This document shows positions 54,861 through 63,983 of a stretch of 64,000 nucleotides of DNA, piece after piece. The stretch's first letter is position 1; the number at the start of each line of letters is the position of its first letter. The notes below the pieces were generated by a model, which saw only the letters and a list, made by a program, of their open reading frames with translations, did not search any database and was not told the DNA's origin. Where the stretch lies: IMG/VR virus record IMGVR_UViG_3300047274_000273, positions 55,217 through 119,216 of that record. One strand, given 5' to 3'. Made by a program: the position numbers and the translations under genes. Source of the DNA: a virus. Taxonomy: Duplodnaviria; Heunggongvirae; Uroviricota; Caudoviricetes.

Positions 54861-55939
54861 TGAAATATGCATGGCTACTATTGACCGTATTTGCCCTGGA
54901 CGCTAATGCCGCAATTGGCACGATGAGCGAAGTCCAGGGCACAGCCATTGAAATCAAAAGAAACAAATCTGCCATCGTAGGCAAAACAAATTCAGAAGTA
55001 GAATCTATGGATGCAGTAACCGTAGGTTCAAAATCACAGGTCGGAATTATTTTCAAAGATAGTACCAAAGTAAAGATCACAGAAAATTCTAGACTGGTCA
55101 TAGACGATTTCGTCTTCGACCCTAAGAAATCAGATGCTGGTAAACTAGGCATGAAAGTGGCTCTAGGCACCGTACGTTACGCATCTGGGCAGGTAGCTAA
55201 AAATAATCCTCAAAATGTAAACATAAAAACCCCTACAGCTTCTATCGCTGTACGTGGAACAGACTTTGCCATGACTGTAGATGAAGTTGGACGTAGTCTT
55301 GTTGTATTGTTACCTAGCTGCGATGATCCCACCAAACTAAACAACTACCAGATACAAGGTAACTGCGTGGTAGGGGCTATCGATGTTATTACAGATGCAG
55401 GTCTAGTCAGCCTCAATCAAGCCTATACAGCGACTTATGTAACTGATGCACAACAGCCTCCACTGCCCCCAGTAAAGGTCGATCCTGTGGCTGTTAGCAA
55501 TGACAGCAATCTTAAAAAACCGGAAAACATCGCTCGGGCAGAAACTGATAGAGAAGAGAAGAAAGACGCAGCAAGAGATAAATCAAAGTTCGGTGATGAC
55601 GAACGTAAAAAGGCCGGCGAATCTAATGAAAGATCTCTGTCGGAAAAGAAAGCTCAAGAAGAAGAAGGTACGAAACTCATAGGATTGAATGGTAATAATA
55701 ATGGTGCATTAGGTAATCCTGCATCTAATCCCTGTTGGCCTTTCAATGACTGTGGTAATGAAAAAGGACTGAACTGGTACTATCGCAAAGATGACGATCG
55801 CGGCAATACTATCTTTATTAGGTCCGGAGAAAAGTTCGATAATACTACCTATAATATTTCTATCAACAGCAACGACATAGAAACTCGCGTCAACGGAGAT
55901 GGCAGTAATAAAGTTACAGTAAGGATATGGAACAAATGA
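54860..55939 (+). CDS. secreted FecR-domain protein
   Basis: Signal peptide; IAVRGTDFAMTV FecR-like core. Confidence 0.45.
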   Translation: MKYAWLLLTVFALDANAAIGTMSEVQGTAIEIKRNKSAIVGKTNSEVESMDAVTVGSKSQVGIIFKDSTKVKITENSRLVIDDFVFDPKKSDAGKLGMKVALGTVRYASGQVAKNNPQNVNIKTPTASIAVRGTDFAMTVDEVGRSLVVLLPSCDDPTKLNNYQIQGNCVVGAIDVITDAGLVSLNQAYTATYVTDAQQPPLPPVKVDPVAVSNDSNLKKPENIARAETDREEKKDAARDKSKFGDDERKKAGESNERSLSEKKAQEEEGTKLIGLNGNNNGALGNPASNPCWPFNDCGNEKGLNWYYRKDDDRGNTIFIRSGEKFDNTTYNISINSNDIETRVNGDGSNKVTVRIWNK

Positions 55940-57858
55940 GAAATCTGTTGATTTTTTTGTTCGGTGTTATGTCTGTATTGAATTCTGCGATAGCTAATGC
56001 TAACTACGGATTTGAAGGCGGCCTAGGAGCTGAATGGCAGATCGGAGGTACTACCGGCACACAATCTGCAACTGCCTGGAATGATACAGGAGTTGGTGTA
56101 AGTATAGTTACTGGTGTTACAAACTACAGTCCTGGCGGTGGTAATACTTGGAACATAACTCCCTATGGTACTAAAATGGCCAGTATACAAGGCGGTGGTT
56201 TAGCCTTTGATCAGATCACTTCGGGACTAGGGCTGTCGGGAGTAGAGAACACTGCGATCAAAAATATGTTGACCTATCAGTCACAGAATGGTGGCGGTGG
56301 CAATCCAACACCTACCACAGGTTCCTATATGAAACGGGAAGTCACACTGCAAGCAGGTCAGACCTATACCATGGCCTGGCAGTATCTTTCCACAGACTAT
56401 ACTCCGTTCAATGATGGTTCTATCATGACTTTGGTTCATAGCAGTGACGGAAACATTACTCCTACACTAAACAATAAACAACAGAGATATTCTTTACTAG
56501 GTTTTACCAATCCCGGAACGGGTAACTATGCCACAGGCAGCTACGGTGCCACAGGTTGGCAGGTAGCTACATTTACTGTGCCGGTGTCGGGCACATATGT
56601 TCTAGGTTTTACATCATTTAACCTAGGTGATACAGCATTGAGTCCTATCCTACTAGTTGACGAAGTACAGGGAACAACTACACTAAACGGACAGACATTT
56701 ACTCCAGTTAATCCTAATCCGGGATCAGATGCACCTCCACCTCCTACACCGTCTGTGCCCACAGCCGTGTATAACTCGGGCATCAGTCAAAATGTTTGGA
56801 TAACTAATCACTATCCTACATCAAATAATTCACCTGCAGGAGAAGGTGCTGCTAATGCCTTTGACAATAATCCCGATACCAAATATTTGAACTTTGATAA
56901 GAAGAATGCAGGTGTTACGGTCAAACTAAACGTTGGTAAAGTCATAACAGGATTTACATTGACCACTGCCAACGACTTTCCGGGACGAGATCCAACCAGT
57001 TACAAACTATATGCGTCTAACGACGGCGTCACTTGGACACTGATCAGTGAAGGTAGTCTTTCATTGACTGACAGTAGAAAAACAACCAGCAGTATGATCT
57101 CAGTGACCAATACCAACCCTTATGTCTACTACTACATTTTCTTTCCTACAACCAAAGCAGGTGAGGGTTGCGGATTAAACTGTGACAGTATGCAGATCGC
57201 TGAAATCACTTTTTATTACGAATCTGGTAATACAGCAACTTCAACTGCCACAGGATCGGGATCGGTGTCAAACCCTAGTGATCTTTGTTGCGGCGGAGTT
57301 AGCACTCCATTCAATGCTAACACAGGATTCGCTACTAGAGCAGGAGTATTTTCTGCCGCAGGAGACAGCCGTGTTATCATAGAACAGATAGGTAACTATA
57401 ACACAGCTAACATTACACAGTCAGGCAGCAAAAACTATCTCGAAGCTAATTTCACAGGCAACAATAACTCATTGACTGCTAATCAAACTACTGCTAACTC
57501 GTCTACAAACTACACAGAGTTAAACGTTACAGGAAACAGTAATACTCTTAACATCACACAGAATAATACAGGTGGTTCCAAAGGCATAATGGCTACTGTG
57601 GATAATTCTTCTAACTCTGTAACTGTTAATCAATCTGGTACGGGCAATCATTATTCAGAAATAAACCTCACTGGTGGTAACAAGACCGTGAATGTAACAC
57701 AGAGTGGATCAGCAGCACACATGGCCAAGATTGAACTCAGCGGTGGTGCTACATCGATCACTACCACACAGACTGGTGCTACACAGCAGCACTATTCAAT
57801 CACTCATAACTGCGCTCAAGCTAGTTGTGCAGCAATCACTGTAACACAAGGGCAATAA
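55927..57858 (+). CDS. large secreted protein: F5/8-type-C (discoidin) domain fused to C-terminal curlin repeats
   Basis: Signal peptide; AFDNNPDTKYLNF...YKLYASNDGVTWTLI discoidin-like segment; C-terminal approximately 200 aa of ITQSGSKN / VNQSGTGN / VTQSGSAA repeats. Confidence 0.55.
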   Translation: MEQMRNLLIFLFGVMSVLNSAIANANYGFEGGLGAEWQIGGTTGTQSATAWNDTGVGVSIVTGVTNYSPGGGNTWNITPYGTKMASIQGGGLAFDQITSGLGLSGVENTAIKNMLTYQSQNGGGGNPTPTTGSYMKREVTLQAGQTYTMAWQYLSTDYTPFNDGSIMTLVHSSDGNITPTLNNKQQRYSLLGFTNPGTGNYATGSYGATGWQVATFTVPVSGTYVLGFTSFNLGDTALSPILLVDEVQGTTTLNGQTFTPVNPNPGSDAPPPPTPSVPTAVYNSGISQNVWITNHYPTSNNSPAGEGAANAFDNNPDTKYLNFDKKNAGVTVKLNVGKVITGFTLTTANDFPGRDPTSYKLYASNDGVTWTLISEGSLSLTDSRKTTSSMISVTNTNPYVYYYIFFPTTKAGEGCGLNCDSMQIAEITFYYESGNTATSTATGSGSVSNPSDLCCGGVSTPFNANTGFATRAGVFSAAGDSRVIIEQIGNYNTANITQSGSKNYLEANFTGNNNSLTANQTTANSSTNYTELNVTGNSNTLNITQNNTGGSKGIMATVDNSSNSVTVNQSGTGNHYSEINLTGGNKTVNVTQSGSAAHMAKIELSGGATSITTTQTGATQQHYSITHNCAQASCAAITVTQGQ

Positions 57859-57974
57859 TCCTCTAACTAAATAGCTGTGTTTTTTTAAGGACAAGCTATG
57901 ATTTTAGAAATAATGATGTGGGGATTTTTCTCTGCGTGGGGCTGGTTTGGTGCTAGTTATATCAAAGATAAAGT

Positions 57975-58283
57975 TTGGCCCGAAACTCCCCCGGCACAGT
58001 CACAGCCCGAAACGCAACACAGAAAAGACAGCTGATGTTAACATATCTTATAACTTTTATTGCGATTTTTGTAACAGATATAATTTATGTTTGTTTTGTA
58101 AATTCTATACAACAAAATCAACCAATGACTGCTAGCTTCTGGTCGGCGTTCGTTACCTTCACCGCCAGTATCGCAGTGATTAATTATACCCAGGATAACT
58201 GGGCATTGATACCTGCGTTACTGGGCGCATTCTGCGGAACCTATGCAGGCATGCTTATAAAGGATAGGATTAAAACTAAATAG
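57975..58283 (+). CDS. small membrane protein
   Basis: Three hydrophobic spans. Confidence 0.35.
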   Translation: MARNSPGTVTARNATQKRQLMLTYLITFIAIFVTDIIYVCFVNSIQQNQPMTASFWSAFVTFTASIAVINYTQDNWALIPALLGAFCGTYAGMLIKDRIKTK

Positions 58284-58301
58284 TGTTTTAAGGAGTGAGC
58301 C

Positions 58302-58598
58302 ATGCGTTTTTTAACCGTGGCGTTCCTATTCTGCCTATCCGGCACCGTAGCCAACGCCCAGCCATTTGAGAGCCGTAAACCTGTGCTCTGCGATGATACC
58401 AAAACTCTAATCAAGAGCCTTACGGAAAACTATAACGAAAAACCCATTTGGACAGCTCGCAATCCCGTAGACCATACAAGATTTGGGTTATTCGTTAATT
58501 CTAAAACCGGATCTTGGACACTTTTACAAATGACTCCGGACATAGCCTGTATTCTCGGCGTTGGCGAAGAATCTAGTTCGATTGGCGATTCGACCTAA
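58302..58598 (+). CDS. small secreted protein
   Basis: Signal peptide MRFLTVAFLFCLSGTVANA. Confidence 0.4.
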   Translation: MRFLTVAFLFCLSGTVANAQPFESRKPVLCDDTKTLIKSLTENYNEKPIWTARNPVDHTRFGLFVNSKTGSWTLLQMTPDIACILGVGEESSSIGDST

Positions 58599-58733
58599 AA
58601 AGAAATTTCTTATGTAGGTGTAGTCTTGTCTTGTTGTATTGAACAGCAATAACGACTAATGCATCTAATCAAGGTAGTGTTTTTGCTACCAATAGTGCCA
58701 TACCTGCCCACTATGCATTTAGTTAAATATAAA

Positions 58734-60788
58734 ATGATGAAAAAAATACTTTTAAGTCCTTGGACTGCCTTGATCACATTAGTACTTGTTACAAGTATAA
58801 GAATAGCCGATCCTGTACTTGTAGAAAGTATAAGATTACGTTATTTCGACACGCTGATCACTAGTAAAGCACCTACAGAAAATAACATCGTTACTGTAAA
58901 CATAGATGAGTCGGCCTTAGAGAAATACGGCCAGTGGCCATTTAAGCGAGACATTTATGCCGATCTAATCGAAGATCTTTATAAAAGAAAAGCAGGTCTA
59001 GTAGTTTTCAACGTGCTGATGACCGAACCAGATCGACAAGGTGGTGACGGAGCTCTAGCAGCCACACTTAATGAGTTTCCTGTGGTGTTGCCTAACATGC
59101 CCGCAGATCGAAATAAAAATATGCCTCGACAACCAGGTACGGCTGTGATAGGTGCAGACTTCCAGGATATGATAGTGCAGTATCCCGGTATCATAGCTAA
59201 TGTTCCGGATTTAGAAAGCAGAGCAGTAGGAGTAGGTACGGTCAACACACTACCAGAAGTAGATGGAGTTAATCGTCGCATGCCACTGATAGTGTCTGTC
59301 GACGGCAAAGTATATCCTAGCCTATCTATGGAGATACTAAGAGTGGCATCTGGGGATACTACTACACAGATCAAACTGTTTGAAGGTGGTGTTGAAAAGA
59401 TGCGTATACCTGCCTACGGTCCTGTGTCTACAGATCCTCTAGGCCGTGTGTGGATTGATTGGAGCCAGAAGAGTCGCTCAGTGTCTATGACAGATCTTCC
59501 TAAAGACTTAAATGGTGCTGTAGTTATCGTAGGAGTAGCCGCAGCCGGTCTAGGTAATCCTGTGCCCACAGCAGTCGGCAGCATATGGCCGCACGAAGCA
59601 CAGGCTGCGGTAGTTGGAACGATGTTCAACAATGTCACTATTCAACGCCCTGATTATGCCGACGGTGCTGAAATCTTAACACTGGCTCTAGCAGGTATAT
59701 TATTGATATTTTTAACGAGGTATGTATATGCAGGTTTGGCAACGACGATTATTCTTATCTCTGGCACTGCTGTTGGCAGTTGGATTGTGTTCGATCTCTA
59801 TCTATGGTTATTTGACGCTACTGCCCCTGGAGTTGGCCTACTCATGGTCGCTCTGCATGCCTATGGCGTCAAGTTTGTAAGTGAGTTCTTACAGAAGCAG
59901 GCAATCAAGAAACAGTTCGCTGGCTACTGCTCACCTGAAGTTGTTAGACTTCTACAAGAAAATCCAGACTTAATCAAGAAAGGTGTTAAGAAAGATGTGT
60001 CAGTTATGTTCAGTGACCTGCGTGGATTTACTCCTATCGGTGAACACTTTGACAAGCCAGGCAATGGCGGGCCTGAAGGTCTGGCCAAGTATATGAACGG
60101 ATATATGGATGCTATTACTATTCCTATCATTGATGCCAACGGTATGGTGCTCAAGTATGTAGGTGATGCATCAATGCACATACATGGTGCTCCTTTAGAA
60201 GATCCTAACCATGCACATACTATTGTAAGGGTAGGACTAGAGATGTTAGATCGAGTAGACGCTTATACAAAAGAAATGGAAGCAAAAGGTCTACCACCTG
60301 CCGCAATGGGGTGGGGTTGCAATACAGGAGACGGATATATCGGTGAGATGGGATCAACTGCAAGACACGGCTACGACATCCTAGGTGATATGGTTTCAAC
60401 TGCGGCTCGTCTAGAAGCACGTTGTAAGGCCTACGGTGTGTTGTGTATCATTGGTGCTGAAACTTATAAGCGTACCAAGGATGATTTCTTTTATTTGCTA
60501 CTAGACAACCTACAACCAAAAGGTAAGAGTGTAGCAGATCTGATCTATACTGTGTTGCGCACTCATGGTGAAGATTATACAAAAGATCGAGAACAACATG
60601 ATAGGATGCATGCCTTGTACAAGGCCAAGAAGTTTGACGAAGCAGCCGCTATGTGCGAAAAACTAAAGGGTAACTTCGGTGGACAAATGGACAAGTACTA
60701 CGATATCTGGATTGACCGTTGTAGTTTTATGAAACAGCAAGATCTAGGCGATAATTGGAATGGCGAATTTATCGCCCACGAAAAATGA
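58734..60788 (+). CDS. CHASE2-sensor membrane class III adenylate/guanylate cyclase
   Basis: CHASE2 segment (IVTVNIDESALEKYGQWPFKRDIYADLIEDL...VVFNVLMTEPD), TM cluster, then CYCc domain (VSVMFSDLRGFTP, KYVGDASM, MVSTAARLE). Confidence 0.7.
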   Translation: MMKKILLSPWTALITLVLVTSIRIADPVLVESIRLRYFDTLITSKAPTENNIVTVNIDESALEKYGQWPFKRDIYADLIEDLYKRKAGLVVFNVLMTEPDRQGGDGALAATLNEFPVVLPNMPADRNKNMPRQPGTAVIGADFQDMIVQYPGIIANVPDLESRAVGVGTVNTLPEVDGVNRRMPLIVSVDGKVYPSLSMEILRVASGDTTTQIKLFEGGVEKMRIPAYGPVSTDPLGRVWIDWSQKSRSVSMTDLPKDLNGAVVIVGVAAAGLGNPVPTAVGSIWPHEAQAAVVGTMFNNVTIQRPDYADGAEILTLALAGILLIFLTRYVYAGLATTIILISGTAVGSWIVFDLYLWLFDATAPGVGLLMVALHAYGVKFVSEFLQKQAIKKQFAGYCSPEVVRLLQENPDLIKKGVKKDVSVMFSDLRGFTPIGEHFDKPGNGGPEGLAKYMNGYMDAITIPIIDANGMVLKYVGDASMHIHGAPLEDPNHAHTIVRVGLEMLDRVDAYTKEMEAKGLPPAAMGWGCNTGDGYIGEMGSTARHGYDILGDMVSTAARLEARCKAYGVLCIIGAETYKRTKDDFFYLLLDNLQPKGKSVADLIYTVLRTHGEDYTKDREQHDRMHALYKAKKFDEAAAMCEKLKGNFGGQMDKYYDIWIDRCSFMKQQDLGDNWNGEFIAHEK

Positions 60789-60939
60789 TGTATACTCCAC
60801 TGGATTGGTGGTTTGACTATTCTGTATGGTTGATGCTACAATATAAGTTTATATATCCAGCTAAGTTGATCAGTGTCAACGAAGACATGGAAAACTTCTT
60901 AAAACAATTTAGTCTTAACGGAATCAAAACCGTTAACAT

Positions 60940-61659
60940 TTGCAGACCATGGTAAAAATAACTTTATTTCTATTTACGATATTGTTATCAGTACAGAGCT
61001 ATGCTAAAGATATCACTGCTACAGCTTGGTTAGTAGCCAACGGTGATGGGGATATCATTCAGAGTGAAAACATGCATGAACGCAGAAGCATAGCCAGTAT
61101 TACAAAACTGATGACTGTCATGGTGGTACTTGATGCTCATCAAGATCTAGATCAATACTTCCGACCCTATACTAGAAAAGAACTGATACAACTGGCTATC
61201 GTTCATTCTGATAATAGAGCTTCGGAAAAACTGTGCAATCATTATCCGGGAGGAAGACCCGCCTGTGTCTCGGCTATGAATGCTAAGGCCAGATATCTGG
61301 GCATGATTGATACCAACTTTGTCGACCCCACTGGTCTGGGAGTAATGAATTCTAGCACAGCCTACGATCTAATTAAATTGGTCAGAGCAGCAGAGCATTA
61401 TAGTGAAATCGTAGAAGCCAGCAATATGTCTGCGGTTAAGATACAGAACAAGAAAAAATTCCTAGTGTTTAAGAATACTAATCCGTTAGTCGCTCAAAAT
61501 GATTTTATCATTAGCAAAACTGGTTATATCAGAGCATCAGGGGGCTGTATAGTTATGATGCTAGATACAAAAATAGGACGACGCATAGTCGTCCTATTGA
61601 ATTCAAAGAATACTAGAACTCGTATTCCTGAAGCCTATAAGCTAGCCAGTAGCTATTAA
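60940..61659 (+). CDS. secreted D-alanyl-D-alanine carboxypeptidase/endopeptidase (peptidase S11, PBP7-like)
   Basis: Signal peptide; SIASITK (SxxK), HSDN (SxN), SKTGY (KTG). Confidence 0.65.
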   Translation: MQTMVKITLFLFTILLSVQSYAKDITATAWLVANGDGDIIQSENMHERRSIASITKLMTVMVVLDAHQDLDQYFRPYTRKELIQLAIVHSDNRASEKLCNHYPGGRPACVSAMNAKARYLGMIDTNFVDPTGLGVMNSSTAYDLIKLVRAAEHYSEIVEASNMSAVKIQNKKKFLVFKNTNPLVAQNDFIISKTGYIRASGGCIVMMLDTKIGRRIVVLLNSKNTRTRIPEAYKLASSY

Positions 61660-62000
61660 CCTTCTCCGCTGGCCGCTGACTTTTTATCATCTATGTGAGC
61701 AGCTTCGTCAAATTTTTGATTGGCTTCTTTGTCTACCTTGACCTGTTCAAGCACACGTTCGCTTTCAATAATCTTGCCTCTTAGATGCAGAGTAGTATTA
61801 ACCTTCTGTTGAAGCCTTATAAGATCATTATCAAGCATACGAATACGATCAATAAGCGCGATTAAGGTAGTATTAGCTTCGCTGAGCACAGGTTTGATTT
61901 CAGTAGTGGCCCACTTCCATACGTAGAAAATAAGATATCCCATACCGCCGGCAGCGACGATAGGAAAACCGTATTTGTTAACTAATTCTACTGGATCCAT
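61656..62000 (-). CDS. single-TM coiled-coil protein, paralog of the ORF at 62761..63042
   Basis: YGFPIVAAGGMGYLIFYV TM, then a coiled coil. Confidence 0.4.
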   Translation of the reverse strand: MDPVELVNKYGFPIVAAGGMGYLIFYVWKWATTEIKPVLSEANTTLIALIDRIRMLDNDLIRLQQKVNTTLHLRGKIIESERVLEQVKVDKEANQKFDEAAHIDDKKSAASGEG

Positions 62001-62009
62001 TTATTTCTC

Positions 62010-62225
62010 CTAGATATTGTTGAATGGTGTATTTGGATTTTTTTTCACGGGTTTTTCTTTGGCTTTGTCGTGATAATAATTCCATGCACTCATTGACTGC
62101 CTTTTTTTAGTATCATTAAGTTCTTTTTCTATCTCTTTATAAGACATACAGGCATAGACGGCAAATACCAGAGCGATCGTAGCCAAAATGTAAGTTATTC
62201 CGAATAATATGATCGTCGAGTCCAT
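62010..62225 (-). CDS. small N-terminal-TM protein
   Basis: ORF only. Confidence 0.3.
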   Translation of the reverse strand: MDSTIILFGITYILATIALVFAVYACMSYKEIEKELNDTKKRQSMSAWNYYHDKAKEKPVKKNPNTPFNNI

Positions 62226-62461
62226 TATCCGATCAAAGGTCTAAAAGATTGTTCAACTGGTCTCCATGCCCATTCATAGCCTACTACGAGACCAACTAAA
62301 AATCCTATGACCACTCCTATGGCTAGAGATTTATACAAATCTTTGTCGCGCCAAACCGGTTGCTCCTTGATATACTTCTGCATCTGTGGAGATAAAGAAT
62401 CCCACCATACTTCATACTTGTTCATTTTTTTCCGCTCCTTTGAGTATGAACTGCTGTACAT
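62225..62461 (-). CDS. small C-terminal-TM protein
   Basis: ORF only. Confidence 0.3.
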   Translation of the reverse strand: MYSSSYSKERKKMNKYEVWWDSLSPQMQKYIKEQPVWRDKDLYKSLAIGVVIGFLVGLVVGYEWAWRPVEQSFRPLIG

Positions 62462-62642
62462 CTCCTACCTTTCTTAAAATTTGCCTTCCGTTAATATTGA
62501 TGAGTTGGAAATAATCACCGCCTTTCCAACCTAGTCTATCACTGTTAAATTCCTCGTCTAGGATGATGCCTCTTTCGCTACAATCCCAGGTATAATCAAT
62601 GTATAACATTTTTATTCCTTCCAAAATCCCCACGGATCCCAA
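62412..62642 (-). CDS. hypothetical protein
   Basis: ORF only. Confidence 0.25.
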   Translation of the reverse strand: MGSVGILEGIKMLYIDYTWDCSERGIILDEEFNSDRLGWKGGDYFQLININGRQILRKVGDVQQFILKGAEKNEQV

Positions 62643-62760
62643 ATTTTCCTAGGTTGCATTTTGGGTTCGTGATAATAGTATAATGCTGCTCCAACCAATA
62701 CCAAGCATTCGAGGAGATAAAAAACCAAAAAGGATTCGAACAGCAGGCTAAGTTCCATGC

Positions 62761-63042
62761 TTAATCTCTTCTAGCATCATTCTTTCCATCTGCACGAGCG
62801 ATACGTTCTACATCGGGTCTAAGACCCAATGCATTCGAAACCACTGTGTCGATTCGAATCACATCGTGATTCATGGTTTTGACTCTGTTATCCAATGCAC
62901 CAATGATACCTTTGATACCATTAACACTAGATGTAACACCAGCCAAAATAAATTTGAGCGTTAGGAATACGAAGTATCCTGCTCCCATTGCAGCCGCGAT
63001 TGGAAATCCCAATTCCGCGACCAGTTTGAAAAAATCTCCCAT
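62761..63042 (-). CDS. single-TM coiled-coil protein, paralog of the ORF at 61656..62000
   Basis: LGFPIAAAMGAGYFVF TM; ALDNRVKTMNHDVIRI parallels LIDRIRMLDNDLIRL in the paralog. Confidence 0.4.
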   Translation of the reverse strand: MGDFFKLVAELGFPIAAAMGAGYFVFLTLKFILAGVTSSVNGIKGIIGALDNRVKTMNHDVIRIDTVVSNALGLRPDVERIARADGKNDARRD

Positions 63043-63079
63043 CGTTTCGCTCCCGGGTTATGTACGTGTATTTAACTGA

Positions 63080-63108
63080 TTGACAGGATCTTTAACTGGT
63101 GCTATAAT
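63080..63108 (+). promoter_or_regulatory. perfect consensus sigma70 promoter TTGACA-17-TATAAT
   Basis: Exact consensus hexamers and a 17-nt spacer, about 30 nt upstream of the phosphoesterase ATG. Confidence 0.7.
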
Positions 63109-63137
63109 ATACACATATTTCTAACAAAGTGAGCAAA

Positions 63138-63983
63138 ATGCGTATCCAAATCGTATCAGATCTGCATCTAGAATTCGCAGATATCAACATCCAAAATGCA
63201 GGCGACACTGATGTGTTGATCCTGTCCGGAGACATCATGGTCGCTCAAGATCTCCATGATCATCCTACGGTTGATAGCCTTTGGGATCCACCAAATGCCC
63301 AGGGCATAGGACGTCGACAAGAAACTGCTCTTCGCTTTCGCGACTTCCTCAAGCGTTGTAGTTTTCAGTTCCCTCACGTTATCTATGTTGCCGGCAACCA
63401 CGAATTTTATCATGGTAAGTTTTTTGCCAGTCTTGATTATCTACGTGAAGAATGTGCCAAGTTCGATAATGTGTATTTTCTAGAACAAGATGTTAAGACC
63501 ATAGATGGTATTATGTTTATGGGTGCTACTCTGTGGACTGACTGTAACAAACATGATCCGTTTACACTTCATGCTCTAGCAGATATGATGAACGATTTTA
63601 GAATCATTCGACATGACTATGCCGGATTCCGTAAACTTAAACCTGCTGATATCGCAGAACGACATCGCAAGACTCTAGACTACTTTAAGACTGTTCTAGA
63701 TACACAGGCTCCTGAACAAAAGTTTGTGGTGGTGGGACATCACACCCCGAGTCACTTGAGCTGTCATCCGCAGTATGCACATGATTATATCATGAACGGT
63801 GGTTATCACAGCGATCTAAGTGAGTTCATACTAGATCATCCTAACATCGTTCTTTGGACTCATGGTCATACACATCATCCTTTTGACTATGTCATAGGCA
63901 GTACTAGGATCGTGTGTAATCCCAGAGGCTATGATGGCTATGAGGATACTGGTTGGGACATGATGAAAGTCATAGAAATATGA
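63138..63983 (+). CDS. calcineurin-like metallophosphoesterase
   Basis: IVSDLHLEF, LSGDI, VAGNHE, GHHTP, THGHTH. Start taken at ATG 63138 rather than the GTG at 63129. Confidence 0.6.
   Translation: MRIQIVSDLHLEFADINIQNAGDTDVLILSGDIMVAQDLHDHPTVDSLWDPPNAQGIGRRQETALRFRDFLKRCSFQFPHVIYVAGNHEFYHGKFFASLDYLREECAKFDNVYFLEQDVKTIDGIMFMGATLWTDCNKHDPFTLHALADMMNDFRIIRHDYAGFRKLKPADIAERHRKTLDYFKTVLDTQAPEQKFVVVGHHTPSHLSCHPQYAHDYIMNGGYHSDLSEFILDHPNIVLWTHGHTHHPFDYVIGSTRIVCNPRGYDGYEDTGWDMMKVIEI

Noticed and set aside
58659-58733. Track start of the cyclase ORF (MHLIKVVFLL...)
   Set aside because: The hydrophobic CHASE2 signal-anchor begins at MMKKILLSPW (58734); the upstream residues are probably untranslated.
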